Assembly: GCA_018897535.1 (NCBI GenBank)
Contig: JAHIKO010000039.1
Coordinates: 1-40,746, forward strand
Length of the DNA stretch: 40,746 bases
Direction of reading: 5' to 3'
Source of the DNA: Candidatus Babelota bacterium
Lineage (GTDB): Bacteria; Babelota; Babeliae; Babelales; UASB340
The stretch's first letter is position 1. Each line of letters starts with the position of its first letter. The position numbers were made by a program, and so were the translations under genes. This document shows positions 1 through 8,637 of this stretch, piece by piece. Under the pieces are notes generated by a model that saw only the letters and a list, made by a program, of their open reading frames with translations, had not been told where the DNA came from and ran no database searches.

Positions 1-774
1 AAAAAGCTACCGGCGATTGTTATAATTTCATATTTGGTCAAAACATTCGTACTTACAAAATTATTTGAAATATTCAGAACTGAACCGGGCGCACAAAACA
101 CCATGTTTAAGATTTCACACTACATAATAATAGCGTTGGCAATAATTTTGGGATTTATAACAATACAATTAAGAGAATTTATAACAATCGCCGGTAGCTT
201 TTTGGCAATCGGTATAGGTTTTGCATTAAAAGATCTTGCATCAGATTATGTAGCAGGCTTATTTATACTTATAGAAAGACCTGTAGAGATTGGAAATTAT
301 ATTCAACTTGATGAACATACAATTGGTACGGTACAAAAAATATCCGCCAGAGCCACAACTATACGAACCGCCAGAAATTTTTCAATTATAGTTCCAAATA
401 AAGATCTGGTTTCAAAACAAATAATTAATTGGGGTGATGGTAGGATATCGGTTGGCTTTGAATTGAGAGTTTCGGTTGATTACAACCAAAATCTTGAACG
501 AGTAAAAGAAATTTTACACAAAACAATCCAAAGTCATGATGCTATTTTAAAAGTACCTACCACAGTTATTAGAATTGAAGATTTTGGCGATAGTGGTGTA
601 AATTTTTTCATAAGAGCATTTATAAGCGCAAGAAGAGTCCGTGAACAATGGGATATTTCAAGCGATTTACGATTCGCAATAATGAAAGTATTTAAAGAAA
701 ACAATATAACAATTCCATTTCCACAAATTGTTGTTCATAGAACGGACGAAAAAGCTATTAATTCTATAAAATAG
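1..774 (+). CDS. MscS-family mechanosensitive ion channel, C-terminal part (5' end lies outside the window)
   Basis: Frame 1 is open from base 1 into the listed 34..774 ORF. A TM helix is followed by GFALKDLASDYVAGLFILIERPVEIGNYIQLD..GTVQKISARATTIRT..N..IIVPN.....IINW, the conserved MscS TM3/beta-domain pattern. Confidence 0.8.
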   Translation, partial: KKLPAIVIISYLVKTFVLTKLFEIFRTEPGAQNTMFKISHYIIIALAIILGFITIQLREFITIAGSFLAIGIGFALKDLASDYVAGLFILIERPVEIGNYIQLDEHTIGTVQKISARATTIRTARNFSIIVPNKDLVSKQIINWGDGRISVGFELRVSVDYNQNLERVKEILHKTIQSHDAILKVPTTVIRIEDFGDSGVNFFIRAFISARRVREQWDISSDLRFAIMKVFKENNITIPFPQIVVHRTDEKAINSIK

Positions 775-780
775 ATATAA

Positions 781-814
781 AAAGTAATGGGCATATTAAT
801 ATGCCCATTACTTT
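781..814. terminator. Perfect 34-nt palindrome between convergent genes (bidirectional rho-independent terminator candidate)
   Basis: AAAGTAATGGGCATATTAATATGCCCATTACTTT equals its own reverse complement. It has A/T runs at both ends and lies between the stops of the 1..774 (+) and 833..1066 (-) genes. Confidence 0.6.
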
Positions 815-832
815 AAAATTAATCTTTTGATT

Positions 833-1066
833 CTACTCTTTTAAGCTTGCTTTTATTTTTCTAATCATTTTATCAATAAAATTAATTATTGGAGATGCAT
901 TTATTTTCACTAATCCAAAATATGTAAGAGCAACACCAACAGTAAAAAGAATAATATTTAAAATAATTTTGTAAGTGAAACCAAGTAATACCAAGCCTGA
1001 AATTACAGCCAAAATTCCAGTCATATTATTTAAAAACCATTTTCCAACTTTTCCAGTTTCTGCCAT
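833..1066 (-). CDS. Small two-TM membrane protein, unknown function
   Basis: 77-aa ORF with an ATG start. A strong AAAGGAG Shine-Dalgarno lies about 6 nt upstream on the minus strand. Two hydrophobic helices. Resembles the 5668..5874 ORF. Confidence 0.6.
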   Translation of the reverse strand: MAETGKVGKWFLNNMTGILAVISGLVLLGFTYKIILNIILFTVGVALTYFGLVKINASPIINFIDKMIRKIKASLKE

Positions 1067-1161
1067 TATTTCTCCTTTAATTAATAAAAATCTTTAAAGT
1101 AAAAGAATGCTAACAAAAAAAAATATTTTTTTTCAAGATAATTTATTTTTAAATTTTTTAA

Positions 1162-2142
1162 TTATGCAAAAGCTGTAATAATTTCAAAAGCCAAACCGAC
1201 CAAGGCAATTGTTCTATCTATCTTTTTTTTCGTCCAATTGATTCCAAAACATGTACATTCTACATCATCTTTATGCTGATATTTTAAAAATTTTTCTGCA
1301 TCTTCCAGCGTAATTAAAATCATAGGCACTCTTTTATCTTCAATAATTATCTTTTGTCCTTTATTTTCAATATTTTTAGAACTACTTGAATAACTTTGTG
1401 TAGAACTTTTTTTTGATGTATCAGAACTTAATAATTCGCTTTTTGAACTACTATCTGAACTGTACGATTCATCATCATCTTCTTTTTCAGGTATGTTTTT
1501 AAGTTTATTTGTTTTTATTGGTGTTAACTCAGGTCTATCGTTTTCATCATATTTAATATTACCATCTTCATCATAAGATACGACACTAAATTCTTTTTTT
1601 ATAATTCTACTTTTACATGCACCTGCTATCGGGCTGTAATTAAGATTTTCAACTAAATCTATAGAAACAACAGATTTTATATATTCATTTATTTCTTCAA
1701 AAATATCACTAATAACTTTTGCACCCAAACCAACAGTTACAATAGTTATTTTCTCATTTATATTTTTATCAATATTTTCAATATCTTCAATTAATCGCTC
1801 TCTGAAATCTCTAATATTTTCTCTATAACACAGACGTATATCATTTTCATCCATAACTTTATTGATAAGTTTGGTTTCATCATCTTCGAACTTAGTATTT
1901 AGCATAAGAAATAAAAGTAAGTAATTTTTTTCGCAATTTTCTTCATCTTCATTTAATAAAACTGTATTTTTTTCTTTTATTTCCAAATTAAACTTATCGT
2001 AAATTTTTTGAATTTTTTCTCTGTCATATTTATAATCAAAAAGACTTGACTGAGTTGGTCCATAAACAAAAAGTATTGGATTATAAGATTTAAGAGAAAA
2101 AAAGATAAAAAACAACAAAACAAAATACCTAGAAATCTTCAT
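1162..2142 (-). CDS. Hypothetical exported protein with an acidic/Ser-rich low-complexity region and a C-terminal hydrophobic tail
   Basis: Start moved to the internal ATG (MKISRYFVLLFFIFFSLKS, signal-peptide-like), which has AGGGGGA about 7 nt upstream. Contains a DDDESYSSDSSSKSELLSSDTSKKSSTQSYSSSSK tract and the terminal hydrophobic segment IALVGLAFEIITAFA. I recognise no family. Confidence 0.5.
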   Translation of the reverse strand: MKISRYFVLLFFIFFSLKSYNPILFVYGPTQSSLFDYKYDREKIQKIYDKFNLEIKEKNTVLLNEDEENCEKNYLLLFLMLNTKFEDDETKLINKVMDENDIRLCYRENIRDFRERLIEDIENIDKNINEKITIVTVGLGAKVISDIFEEINEYIKSVVSIDLVENLNYSPIAGACKSRIIKKEFSVVSYDEDGNIKYDENDRPELTPIKTNKLKNIPEKEDDDESYSSDSSSKSELLSSDTSKKSSTQSYSSSSKNIENKGQKIIIEDKRVPMILITLEDAEKFLKYQHKDDVECTCFGINWTKKKIDRTIALVGLAFEIITAFA

Positions 2143-2397
2143 ACAACATCCCCCTATAAAATACCCCAAAATGTCCAAGCTATAAGCAATTTAGTATTTT
2201 TATGTACACTTTTGCAACAAAAATGTTTTTTAGAAAAAGTATTTGGAATAATTAAATAATTATATGTAAATATAAACAATTAATAATCTATTTAGAGTTA
2301 GCTATAAACGATGTCATCAAATGGGCTAATGATAGATTTGATAAAAATCTGTCTGTAAAATATAAAAATAGAAAGATTGATAATAAAAGAGAGCTTC

Positions 2398-5300
2398 TTA
2401 TGGTCTGCGCTCTTCTCTTTTTCCAGAAATATCAGATTTAGAAATTTTAGGTTTTAAAGCAGTAATTCTTATTGATAAATATGATACCATTTTATCTTTT
2501 GAGGGGTTAGCCTTTTCAATTATATTATTAAATCTATCTTTATATTGCATTTTTGCATCTAAAACAATATTTCCTTTTAATTCAGTATAAATCCGTATAC
2601 TAAAAGGTAGTAATAAGTATAATAAAGTAATTGCCGACTCTTTATCCCCATCAATCAATTCTTCAGATTTTTTCAAAATATCGTCGATAAGCTTTGGATT
2701 ATATGTAACCTCTTTATTCGATTGTGTATAAATTAAACCATCGAAAAATAAATCTCCAAATTCTTTATTCAATGATATTATTTCATCCAATACATTTATG
2801 CCTATTTCATGCTCTTGTAATTTTTTTATTAAATTTTTTAAATTAGCAATAATTGCTGGGTCACAATACATTCTAATTAAAAAATTAACTGCTGAAATTG
2901 CTCTTTTTTTAAAATCCCAATTATTAGAGTCTAAATCCTCTTTTAGTTTTGTTATAATCACATCTCCTTTTTTTTCAAAAAGAATCTCCAAAATATTTCT
3001 AGACCGTTTTTTAATATCCTTTATCTGATCCAATGATTCTCGTGAAAAAAAAGTTGATTCTACATATTCCAATATTTTATACACAACTTCTTTTGACGCA
3101 TTATCAAAAAAAGACGTTTCACAAAGTTTTTCAACAAAAACATTCAAATTATAATTGAAAACAAAATAAAACTTCTTTTTTTTATCTCTAAAACCATCCA
3201 ATATTTCAATATATTTTAAAAAAATATCTTCCGTAAAAATATCTACATTATTAAATAAAATACTAGTAAAATCCGAATTCTTTTTTTGTTGTTCTTCTGA
3301 ATTATTAAATTCTTTTTCTAAAAATTTAAGATATTCCCATACTTCTTTTTGTATATCAATAGATTGCAATTTTTCAAAACTATCATCTTTTCGCTTAGCA
3401 ATGTATGCATCTCTATTTTCTAGCATTTGTTCTTTGAAATAAACTCCTTCTTCAGGATATTTTTCAGAAAATCGTTTAACTATATGCTCGGTATAATAAT
3501 ATAGATCAGGATTGTTTAAAGAAAGATCTCTAATTTTATCCTTTAAAGCTTTTGATAATATATAATTTTTATTAGGATTAAGGATTACTTGAATATATGT
3601 CATCAGTTTTTTAATATTATCCTGACTATATATATTTTTAGTTTTCAACATTTCGTCTAATATCTTTTCGAATTGTGATTCAGTTAAATGTTCTATTTTT
3701 TCATTGTTAAAAACATCTTCATCTTTAACAATAATATTTTTGTCATAAAAATTATCCAACAAATTAAATTCTTTTATATAAGCTAATACTTTAGAAGAAA
3801 TAAATAATTGTTGTTCGATATAATTATATAAAAGGTTTTTAAAAATTGTTTTTAAATCCTCATCAACTTGATCTAATTTTTTCGCAAATTTTTCAAATAT
3901 AATTTCAATAAATTTTTCGTTTGTATTTGTATATATCTTTTCATACCAATTTTTATCATTGTATAAAGTATTCAACGTCCTAAAACATTTTTTTTTATAA
4001 AAATTATCAGTTGGCTTATCTAAGTATTCATCAATATTTTTAAGCATTATTTCCTGAAAATAAGTTTCAGGAAATAAATTTTCAAAGAATGAAATAAAAA
4101 AAGAATCAAGTAAATAAAAATTTAGTAAATCACTATTTTTCAGAAAAATATTTTTAAATTTTTCTATCAATTTTAGGTCTGATTCGCTTTTATTTTTTTT
4201 GTATATTAACAGACGCGCAAAAAAACGCAGTATATTTATTTTATATATATTGGAAAACTCTTCAAAGTTATCCAATATATTATTTGATATATTTTCATAA
4301 TCTTTGCATTCTCTTAATTTTAAAGCATATTTAAGATCACTACGGGCCATTACACCCAAACAAAATTCACAAGCAGCCTTATATTCATCTATGTTTTCAA
4401 AAATTTTTTTTACAATACTAATAAAATTTTCATTAAATATATTATCTTTTGCTATTGATTTATAATTCTGAGCCGATTTATCGGCGCTACTTATATATTT
4501 TATTAATGAATCTACAGGATCATTTGAATATTTTAATGTATCTGGAATATCTTTTTTAATATAATTTATAGCGTATTCTTTTTGACTTAAAATATATTTT
4601 TTTACACCGCCTATCCATTCATCTACCGAGCTATAATCACACATTTGATAATTTTTATCATATTCACTTTCTTTAGTTAAAATTGCGTCATCCAAAGAAT
4701 CCACATATAAATAATCAAAAAAATATCTCTTGGTTAATTCTTCATTTCCAAGAATACGTTCTTTGGTTAACAAATTATATATACTACTTATTATTGATTT
4801 ATAAAATTCATTTATATCCAAGGCAACAGCCTTACTAGAATAATGATACGATAATAATATATGATAATTAATAGTGGCTGGAATTGCTCTAAAAATAAAA
4901 GGCGATTTTACTCTTTGTTCCTTTTGATATTCATATCCATAATCTTTATTAATAAAAAAGATTTTTATTAAATCATTGGCTTTTAAATATTTTTCAAAGA
5001 TTTTTAAAAATTTGGGAAACAGATCCTTAAAATCTTTTTCTGAATAAATAAAGTCTGATTTTATAGATGCAAAATAGACTTGCCTAATAAATGCCGCAAA
5101 AATTGTTCTATAACGATTATTGTTTTTTAAAAATAAATTTTTAATCCGCTCTTTATTACAATTAAATTCATATATCTTATCAAGAATAACTGAAACACAA
5201 TCTGTTTTTGCTATTGAAACTAATAACTCAAATACTGTTGGACGGTATCCTTCATCCCAAAATACAATACTTTCTGTATTAAGCTTTTTTATTAACTCAT

Positions 5301-5442
5301 CCGCATTTTTTATAGCAATGAATTCTTTTTTTAAATCTTCTATATATCCAGAATATTTAGGTGCCGGCTTTATAAAAGAGACAGATGTAAAAAAATAAAT
5401 TCCAAGCAATATAACTAAATATCGTTTAAAAATATTTTTCAT
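2398..5442 (-). CDS. Large (1014 aa) hypothetical exported protein, predicted mostly alpha-helical
   Basis: Uninterrupted 3-kb ORF in an AT-rich genome, where stop codons are otherwise frequent. N-terminal signal-like segment KRYLVILLGIYFFTSVSF. No recognisable catalytic motif. Confidence 0.7.
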   Translation of the reverse strand: MKNIFKRYLVILLGIYFFTSVSFIKPAPKYSGYIEDLKKEFIAIKNADELIKKLNTESIVFWDEGYRPTVFELLVSIAKTDCVSVILDKIYEFNCNKERIKNLFLKNNNRYRTIFAAFIRQVYFASIKSDFIYSEKDFKDLFPKFLKIFEKYLKANDLIKIFFINKDYGYEYQKEQRVKSPFIFRAIPATINYHILLSYHYSSKAVALDINEFYKSIISSIYNLLTKERILGNEELTKRYFFDYLYVDSLDDAILTKESEYDKNYQMCDYSSVDEWIGGVKKYILSQKEYAINYIKKDIPDTLKYSNDPVDSLIKYISSADKSAQNYKSIAKDNIFNENFISIVKKIFENIDEYKAACEFCLGVMARSDLKYALKLRECKDYENISNNILDNFEEFSNIYKINILRFFARLLIYKKNKSESDLKLIEKFKNIFLKNSDLLNFYLLDSFFISFFENLFPETYFQEIMLKNIDEYLDKPTDNFYKKKCFRTLNTLYNDKNWYEKIYTNTNEKFIEIIFEKFAKKLDQVDEDLKTIFKNLLYNYIEQQLFISSKVLAYIKEFNLLDNFYDKNIIVKDEDVFNNEKIEHLTESQFEKILDEMLKTKNIYSQDNIKKLMTYIQVILNPNKNYILSKALKDKIRDLSLNNPDLYYYTEHIVKRFSEKYPEEGVYFKEQMLENRDAYIAKRKDDSFEKLQSIDIQKEVWEYLKFLEKEFNNSEEQQKKNSDFTSILFNNVDIFTEDIFLKYIEILDGFRDKKKKFYFVFNYNLNVFVEKLCETSFFDNASKEVVYKILEYVESTFFSRESLDQIKDIKKRSRNILEILFEKKGDVIITKLKEDLDSNNWDFKKRAISAVNFLIRMYCDPAIIANLKNLIKKLQEHEIGINVLDEIISLNKEFGDLFFDGLIYTQSNKEVTYNPKLIDDILKKSEELIDGDKESAITLLYLLLPFSIRIYTELKGNIVLDAKMQYKDRFNNIIEKANPSKDKMVSYLSIRITALKPKISKSDISGKREERRP

Positions 5443-5585
5443 AAAATTCTCTTTTTTAAAGATTGGCTCTTGACTAATAATTTCTTTAAAATTTACTAAT
5501 TATTTTTACTATATAATATTTTTTTAAAAAATAGATAACAAAAAAAACATCTCTTGAATTTAACGTTATTTCAAATTATTCTTAC

Positions 5586-5663
5586 TGGCGTCCCCAAGGG
5601 GATTCGAACCCCTGTTACAAGAATGAGAATCTTGTGTCCTAGACCGGGCTAGACGATGGGGAC
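5586..5663 (-). tRNA. tRNA-Glu (anticodon CUC), CCA encoded
   Basis: The reverse complement reads GTCCCCATCGTCTAGCCCGGTCTAGGACACAAGATTCTCATTCTTGTAACAGGGGTTCGAATCCCCTTGGGGACGCCA. It is collinear with E. coli tRNA-Glu. Anticodon stem CAAGA/TCTTG, loop TTCTCAT. Confidence 0.9.
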
Positions 5664-5667
5664 ATAT

Positions 5668-5874
5668 TTAATCTGAAAAATTATCGTGAAATTTATCTCT
5701 GAATCTATAAACATAAAAAAGGGCTCTATTCGCATTTTTAAGCTGCAAACCCTTAAATATAAGATACAAACCGAAAGCAGCAATAGCCATTTTGATGATA
5801 AAAATACCGGCAACAAAAAAAACTATTAAACTACCAAGAAATATATAAAGAAAACCCTTAAAACCATTATCCAT
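5668..5874 (-). CDS. Small two-TM membrane protein embedded between two tRNA-Glu genes
   Basis: 68-aa ORF with an ATG start 22 nt downstream of tRNA-Glu(UUC). Its stop lies 4 nt before tRNA-Glu(CUC). Two hydrophobic helices. The C-terminal part of helix 2 (GLYLIFKGLQLKNAN) resembles ALTYFGLVKINAS of the 833..1066 protein. The Shine-Dalgarno is weak. Confidence 0.45.
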   Translation of the reverse strand: MDNGFKGFLYIFLGSLIVFFVAGIFIIKMAIAAFGLYLIFKGLQLKNANRALFYVYRFRDKFHDNFSD

Positions 5875-5896
5875 AATAACCTAAACTTGGAAAATT

Positions 5897-5973
5897 TGGC
5901 GTCCCCAAGGGGATTCGAACCCCTGTTACAGGAATGAAAATCCTGTGTCCTGACCAGGCTAGACGATGGGGAC
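5897..5973 (-). tRNA. tRNA-Glu (anticodon UUC), CCA encoded
   Basis: The reverse complement reads GTCCCCATCGTCTAGCCTGGTCAGGACACAGGATTTTCATTCCTGTAACAGGGGTTCGAATCCCCTTGGGGACGCCA. Anticodon stem CAGGA/TCCTG, loop TTTTCAT. Confidence 0.9.
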
Positions 5974-5982
5974 ATAAATATT

Positions 5983-6030
5983 GCCAACCGTTTGGTTGGC
6001 CTGCCAGCCAAAGCCACGAAGGGCGTAGAC
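5983..6030 (-). repeat. GC-rich tRNA-Lys 3' trailer box, same family as the boxes at 26384..26415 and 26796..26827
   Basis: The minus strand reads GTCTACGCCCTTCGTGGCTTTGGCTGGCAGGCCAACCAAACGGTTGGC. It shares an exact 13-mer, GGCTGGCAGGCCA, and the leading CTACGC with the tRNA-Val trailer. It also holds a GCCAACC/GGTTGGC hairpin. Confidence 0.55.
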
Positions 6031-6106
6031 TGGTGAGCCGCGTAGGAATCGAACCTACGACCCACAGCTTAAAAGGCTGTTGCTCTACCAACTGAGCTAG
6101 CGGCTC
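6031..6106 (-). tRNA. tRNA-Lys (anticodon UUU), CCA encoded
   Basis: The reverse complement reads GAGCCGCTAGCTCAGTTGGTAGAGCAACAGCCTTTTAAGCTGTGGGTCGTAGGTTCGATTCCTACGCGGCTCACCA. Anticodon stem ACAGC/GCTGT, loop CTTTTAA. Confidence 0.9.
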
Positions 6107-6126
6107 CTGTGTTTTACACAATGAAA

Positions 6127-6155
6127 AATTTACAAGAATTATAACACACTGTCAA
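6127..6155 (-). promoter_or_regulatory. Candidate sigma70-type promoter for the Lys-Glu-ORF-Glu tRNA operon
   Basis: The minus strand has TTGACA, a 17-nt spacer, then TAAATT, ending about 20 nt upstream of tRNA-Lys. Confidence 0.35.
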
Positions 6156-6203
6156 GAAAATTGGCTTTTTATAATTATTTTAATAACAAAAGTTTAAAAA
6201 TAT

Positions 6204-7571
6204 TTAGCCTAAAATACGACTCACAACAAAACAATAAATTGTTACCCCTAAAATATCCATTAAAGTTGCCAAAAAGGGTGCTGCCGAATGTGCCGGATCC
6301 AAATTAAATCGTTCCAATAATAATGGCAAAACCGTTCCCAAAATCATAGACACCATTATTATAAAAAACAAAGCTATGGCAACAGCAAATGCACTCATTA
6401 GATCTTGTTTAAATAAAAAAACTCTTGTAAATGCAACGACAACTAAAATAAGTGATACAAAAATGGAAACACCAAATTCTCTTAATAAAACTCTCAATCC
6501 ATCTTTTCTTGATATTTGTCCAGTTGCAAGACCTCGGATAATAATAGCAGAGGATTGATTGCCGGCATTACCGCCCGTACCGATCAGCATGGTTAAAAAC
6601 ATTGGTATTATAAAATATTTATCAACAACATAGTTATAACCGGAAAGAATAAAGCTTGATATGCTTTGCAATAAAAGAAGCCCAACAAGCCAAGGTGTTC
6701 TTTGCCAAACAAATTTCCATAATGGTGTTTGTAAATATTCATCTTCAGATGGGCTTAATCCTGACATTTTATAAACGTCTTCACTAGCCTCTTCTTCTAA
6801 AACTTCGATAACATCATCTGCAGTAATTACACCCAAAAAATTATTTTCATTATCTACAACAGGTGCACTTAATAATCCATAGTGACTAAATTGATTTGCA
6901 ACATCTTCCTGATCTTGATTTACATTAATTACCAAAACATTTTTACGTATTATATTTTTCAATACCGTTTCAGGCTTGTTTACAACAAGGTCCCCTAAAG
7001 TTATATTTCCTAATAATTTTTGGTCCTGATCGGTAATATAAACAACTTTTAATAACTCCTGTTTTTCGCCCAAACGCTGCAATATTGATAAACTTTTTTT
7101 AATGGTAAAATCTTTTTGCAAGTTTATCACTTCCGAATTCATTATTCGTCCGGCAGAATCGGGCTTAAAATTAAGTCGTGAAATTATATCAGATCGCTGT
7201 TTTTTCTGTAAAAGTTTTAAATATTTTTTTAAATCTTCATCAGATAAACTATCAAAAAGTTTTATGATTGTTTCTGTCGGTATTGTTTTTAATAATTCCG
7301 AAGAAGCCTCATCTCCAAGATTAACAAGTAAATTTGCCTGACTGTTTTCGGATAATTCATTAAAAACTCGAGTTTTTAAATTATGTGAAAATTTTTTGAA
7401 TAATAATAACTGTTCTTTTTCATTAATCACACTATCAAAAAACAATGCTATATCCGCGGGGTGCTGACTAACTAAAAGATTAAACAGGTCTGTACCTAGA
7501 GGTGTTTTTTCTTTTATTACATCATCCAAATTTTTTTCTATTTGAAAGAATATTTTTTTTAACTTTAACAC
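6204..7571 (-). CDS. mgtE: Magnesium transporter MgtE
   Basis: The N-terminal MgtE_N region, tandem CBS region and C-terminal TM domain are all recognisable (..GTGGNAGNQSSAIIIRGLATG.. and ..DPAHSAAPFLATLMDILGV..). GTG start preceded by AAGGGGG. Confidence 0.9.
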   Translation of the reverse strand: MLKLKKIFFQIEKNLDDVIKEKTPLGTDLFNLLVSQHPADIALFFDSVINEKEQLLLFKKFSHNLKTRVFNELSENSQANLLVNLGDEASSELLKTIPTETIIKLFDSLSDEDLKKYLKLLQKKQRSDIISRLNFKPDSAGRIMNSEVINLQKDFTIKKSLSILQRLGEKQELLKVVYITDQDQKLLGNITLGDLVVNKPETVLKNIIRKNVLVINVNQDQEDVANQFSHYGLLSAPVVDNENNFLGVITADDVIEVLEEEASEDVYKMSGLSPSEDEYLQTPLWKFVWQRTPWLVGLLLLQSISSFILSGYNYVVDKYFIIPMFLTMLIGTGGNAGNQSSAIIIRGLATGQISRKDGLRVLLREFGVSIFVSLILVVVAFTRVFLFKQDLMSAFAVAIALFFIIMVSMILGTVLPLLLERFNLDPAHSAAPFLATLMDILGVTIYCFVVSRILG

Positions 7572-7704
7572 AAAACCCCCTTATTTTATTTATACTACTA
7601 AGCATGTATTTTTGAGATAAAGGCTTATTTGACATTAAACTATTATAAATAATACTAAATATATGCAAATTATTAAATAGATAAAATGTTTTGGGGTCGA
7701 ATCT

Positions 7705-8634
7705 GTGAAAAATAAGCAAAAAATAGATAAAACAGATATAATTGTTTGCGAAAAAGAAGATCTAAGCAACTCTCGCTTGGATAAATTGTTATTTGCAAAA
7801 TACCCGGACTATTCAAGATCTTATTTCCAAGACTTAATTAATCAAGATTTAATATCCGTTAATGGAAAAAAAAATATAAAATCAAGTTATAAAATTAAAG
7901 AAAATGACAAAATAGAAATAAATTTTCCTAAAATAACTCAATATAATGTTAGCCCGGAAAATATTGATCTTGAAATTATTGATATTCAACCTGATTTCAT
8001 CGTCATAAATAAGCCTGCAGGTTTGGTTGTTCACCCTTCAGAAAACAATAAAGATGAACTAAGTATAGTTCACGGTCTTTTATACAAATTTAAAGAATTT
8101 GAAGATTTTAATGACAATCAACGTCCCGGAATTGTACATAGAATTGATCGTGGCACGTCAGGTCTTTTATTGGTTGCAAGAAATATAAAATCACAGATAA
8201 AAATATCCAATATGTTTAAAGATAGATTAATAAAAAAAACATATCTTGCAGTTGTTAAAGGTCATCCACCAAAGGAAGGTAAAATTGATTATCCTGTTGG
8301 ACGCCATCCATTAAAAGGACATTTAATGAGTCACAAAAGCCATGATGGCAGGCCGGCATTAACTTATTACAAAGTACTGCAATATTACAAAGATGAATCT
8401 TTAGTTGAAGTAAGAATTGTAACAGGCAGAACTCATCAAATTCGAGTACATTTTGCAGCAATCGGACATGGTCTTATTGGTGATGAAAGCTATGGCTATT
8501 TATCAAAATTAATATCTAGACCGGCTCTTCATGCTTACAAGTTATCTTTTACTTATAAAGATACTCTTTTTGAATATGAAAAAAGCGCGCCTCAAGACAT
8601 TCAATATTTATTAAATAATCTTGAGAAACGCTAA
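7705..8634 (+). CDS. rluD: RluA/RluD-family 23S rRNA pseudouridine synthase with an N-terminal S4 domain
   Basis: Motifs INKPAGLVVHP, GIVHRIDRGTSGLLLVA, KTYLAVV, TGRTHQIRVH and ALHA. GTG start. Confidence 0.85.
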   Translation: MKNKQKIDKTDIIVCEKEDLSNSRLDKLLFAKYPDYSRSYFQDLINQDLISVNGKKNIKSSYKIKENDKIEINFPKITQYNVSPENIDLEIIDIQPDFIVINKPAGLVVHPSENNKDELSIVHGLLYKFKEFEDFNDNQRPGIVHRIDRGTSGLLLVARNIKSQIKISNMFKDRLIKKTYLAVVKGHPPKEGKIDYPVGRHPLKGHLMSHKSHDGRPALTYYKVLQYYKDESLVEVRIVTGRTHQIRVHFAAIGHGLIGDESYGYLSKLISRPALHAYKLSFTYKDTLFEYEKSAPQDIQYLLNNLEKR

Positions 8635-8637
8635 AAA

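Noticed and set aside
2798-5398. Plus-strand ORFs of 76 and 92 aa inside the 1014-aa gene. Similar antisense ORFs lie at 6376..6558, 7102..7341, 8255..8461, 9143..9337, 11985..12170, 13716..13901, 17141..17326, 28514..28808, 30487..30678, 35507..35692, 37259..37618 and 38151..38342.
   Set aside because: Each lies wholly within, and antisense to, a longer ORF with recognisable motifs or better coding character. No independent support.
5826-6121. Two overlapping minus-strand ORFs (79 and 84 aa).
   Set aside because: They are read through tRNA-Lys, tRNA-Glu(UUC) and the GC box. This is an artefact of GC-rich RNA genes.
7572-7704. A possible M-box (Mg2+) riboswitch upstream of mgtE.
   Set aside because: The 133-nt divergent intergenic region is too short and too AT-rich, and it lacks the GC-rich helices of the M-box.
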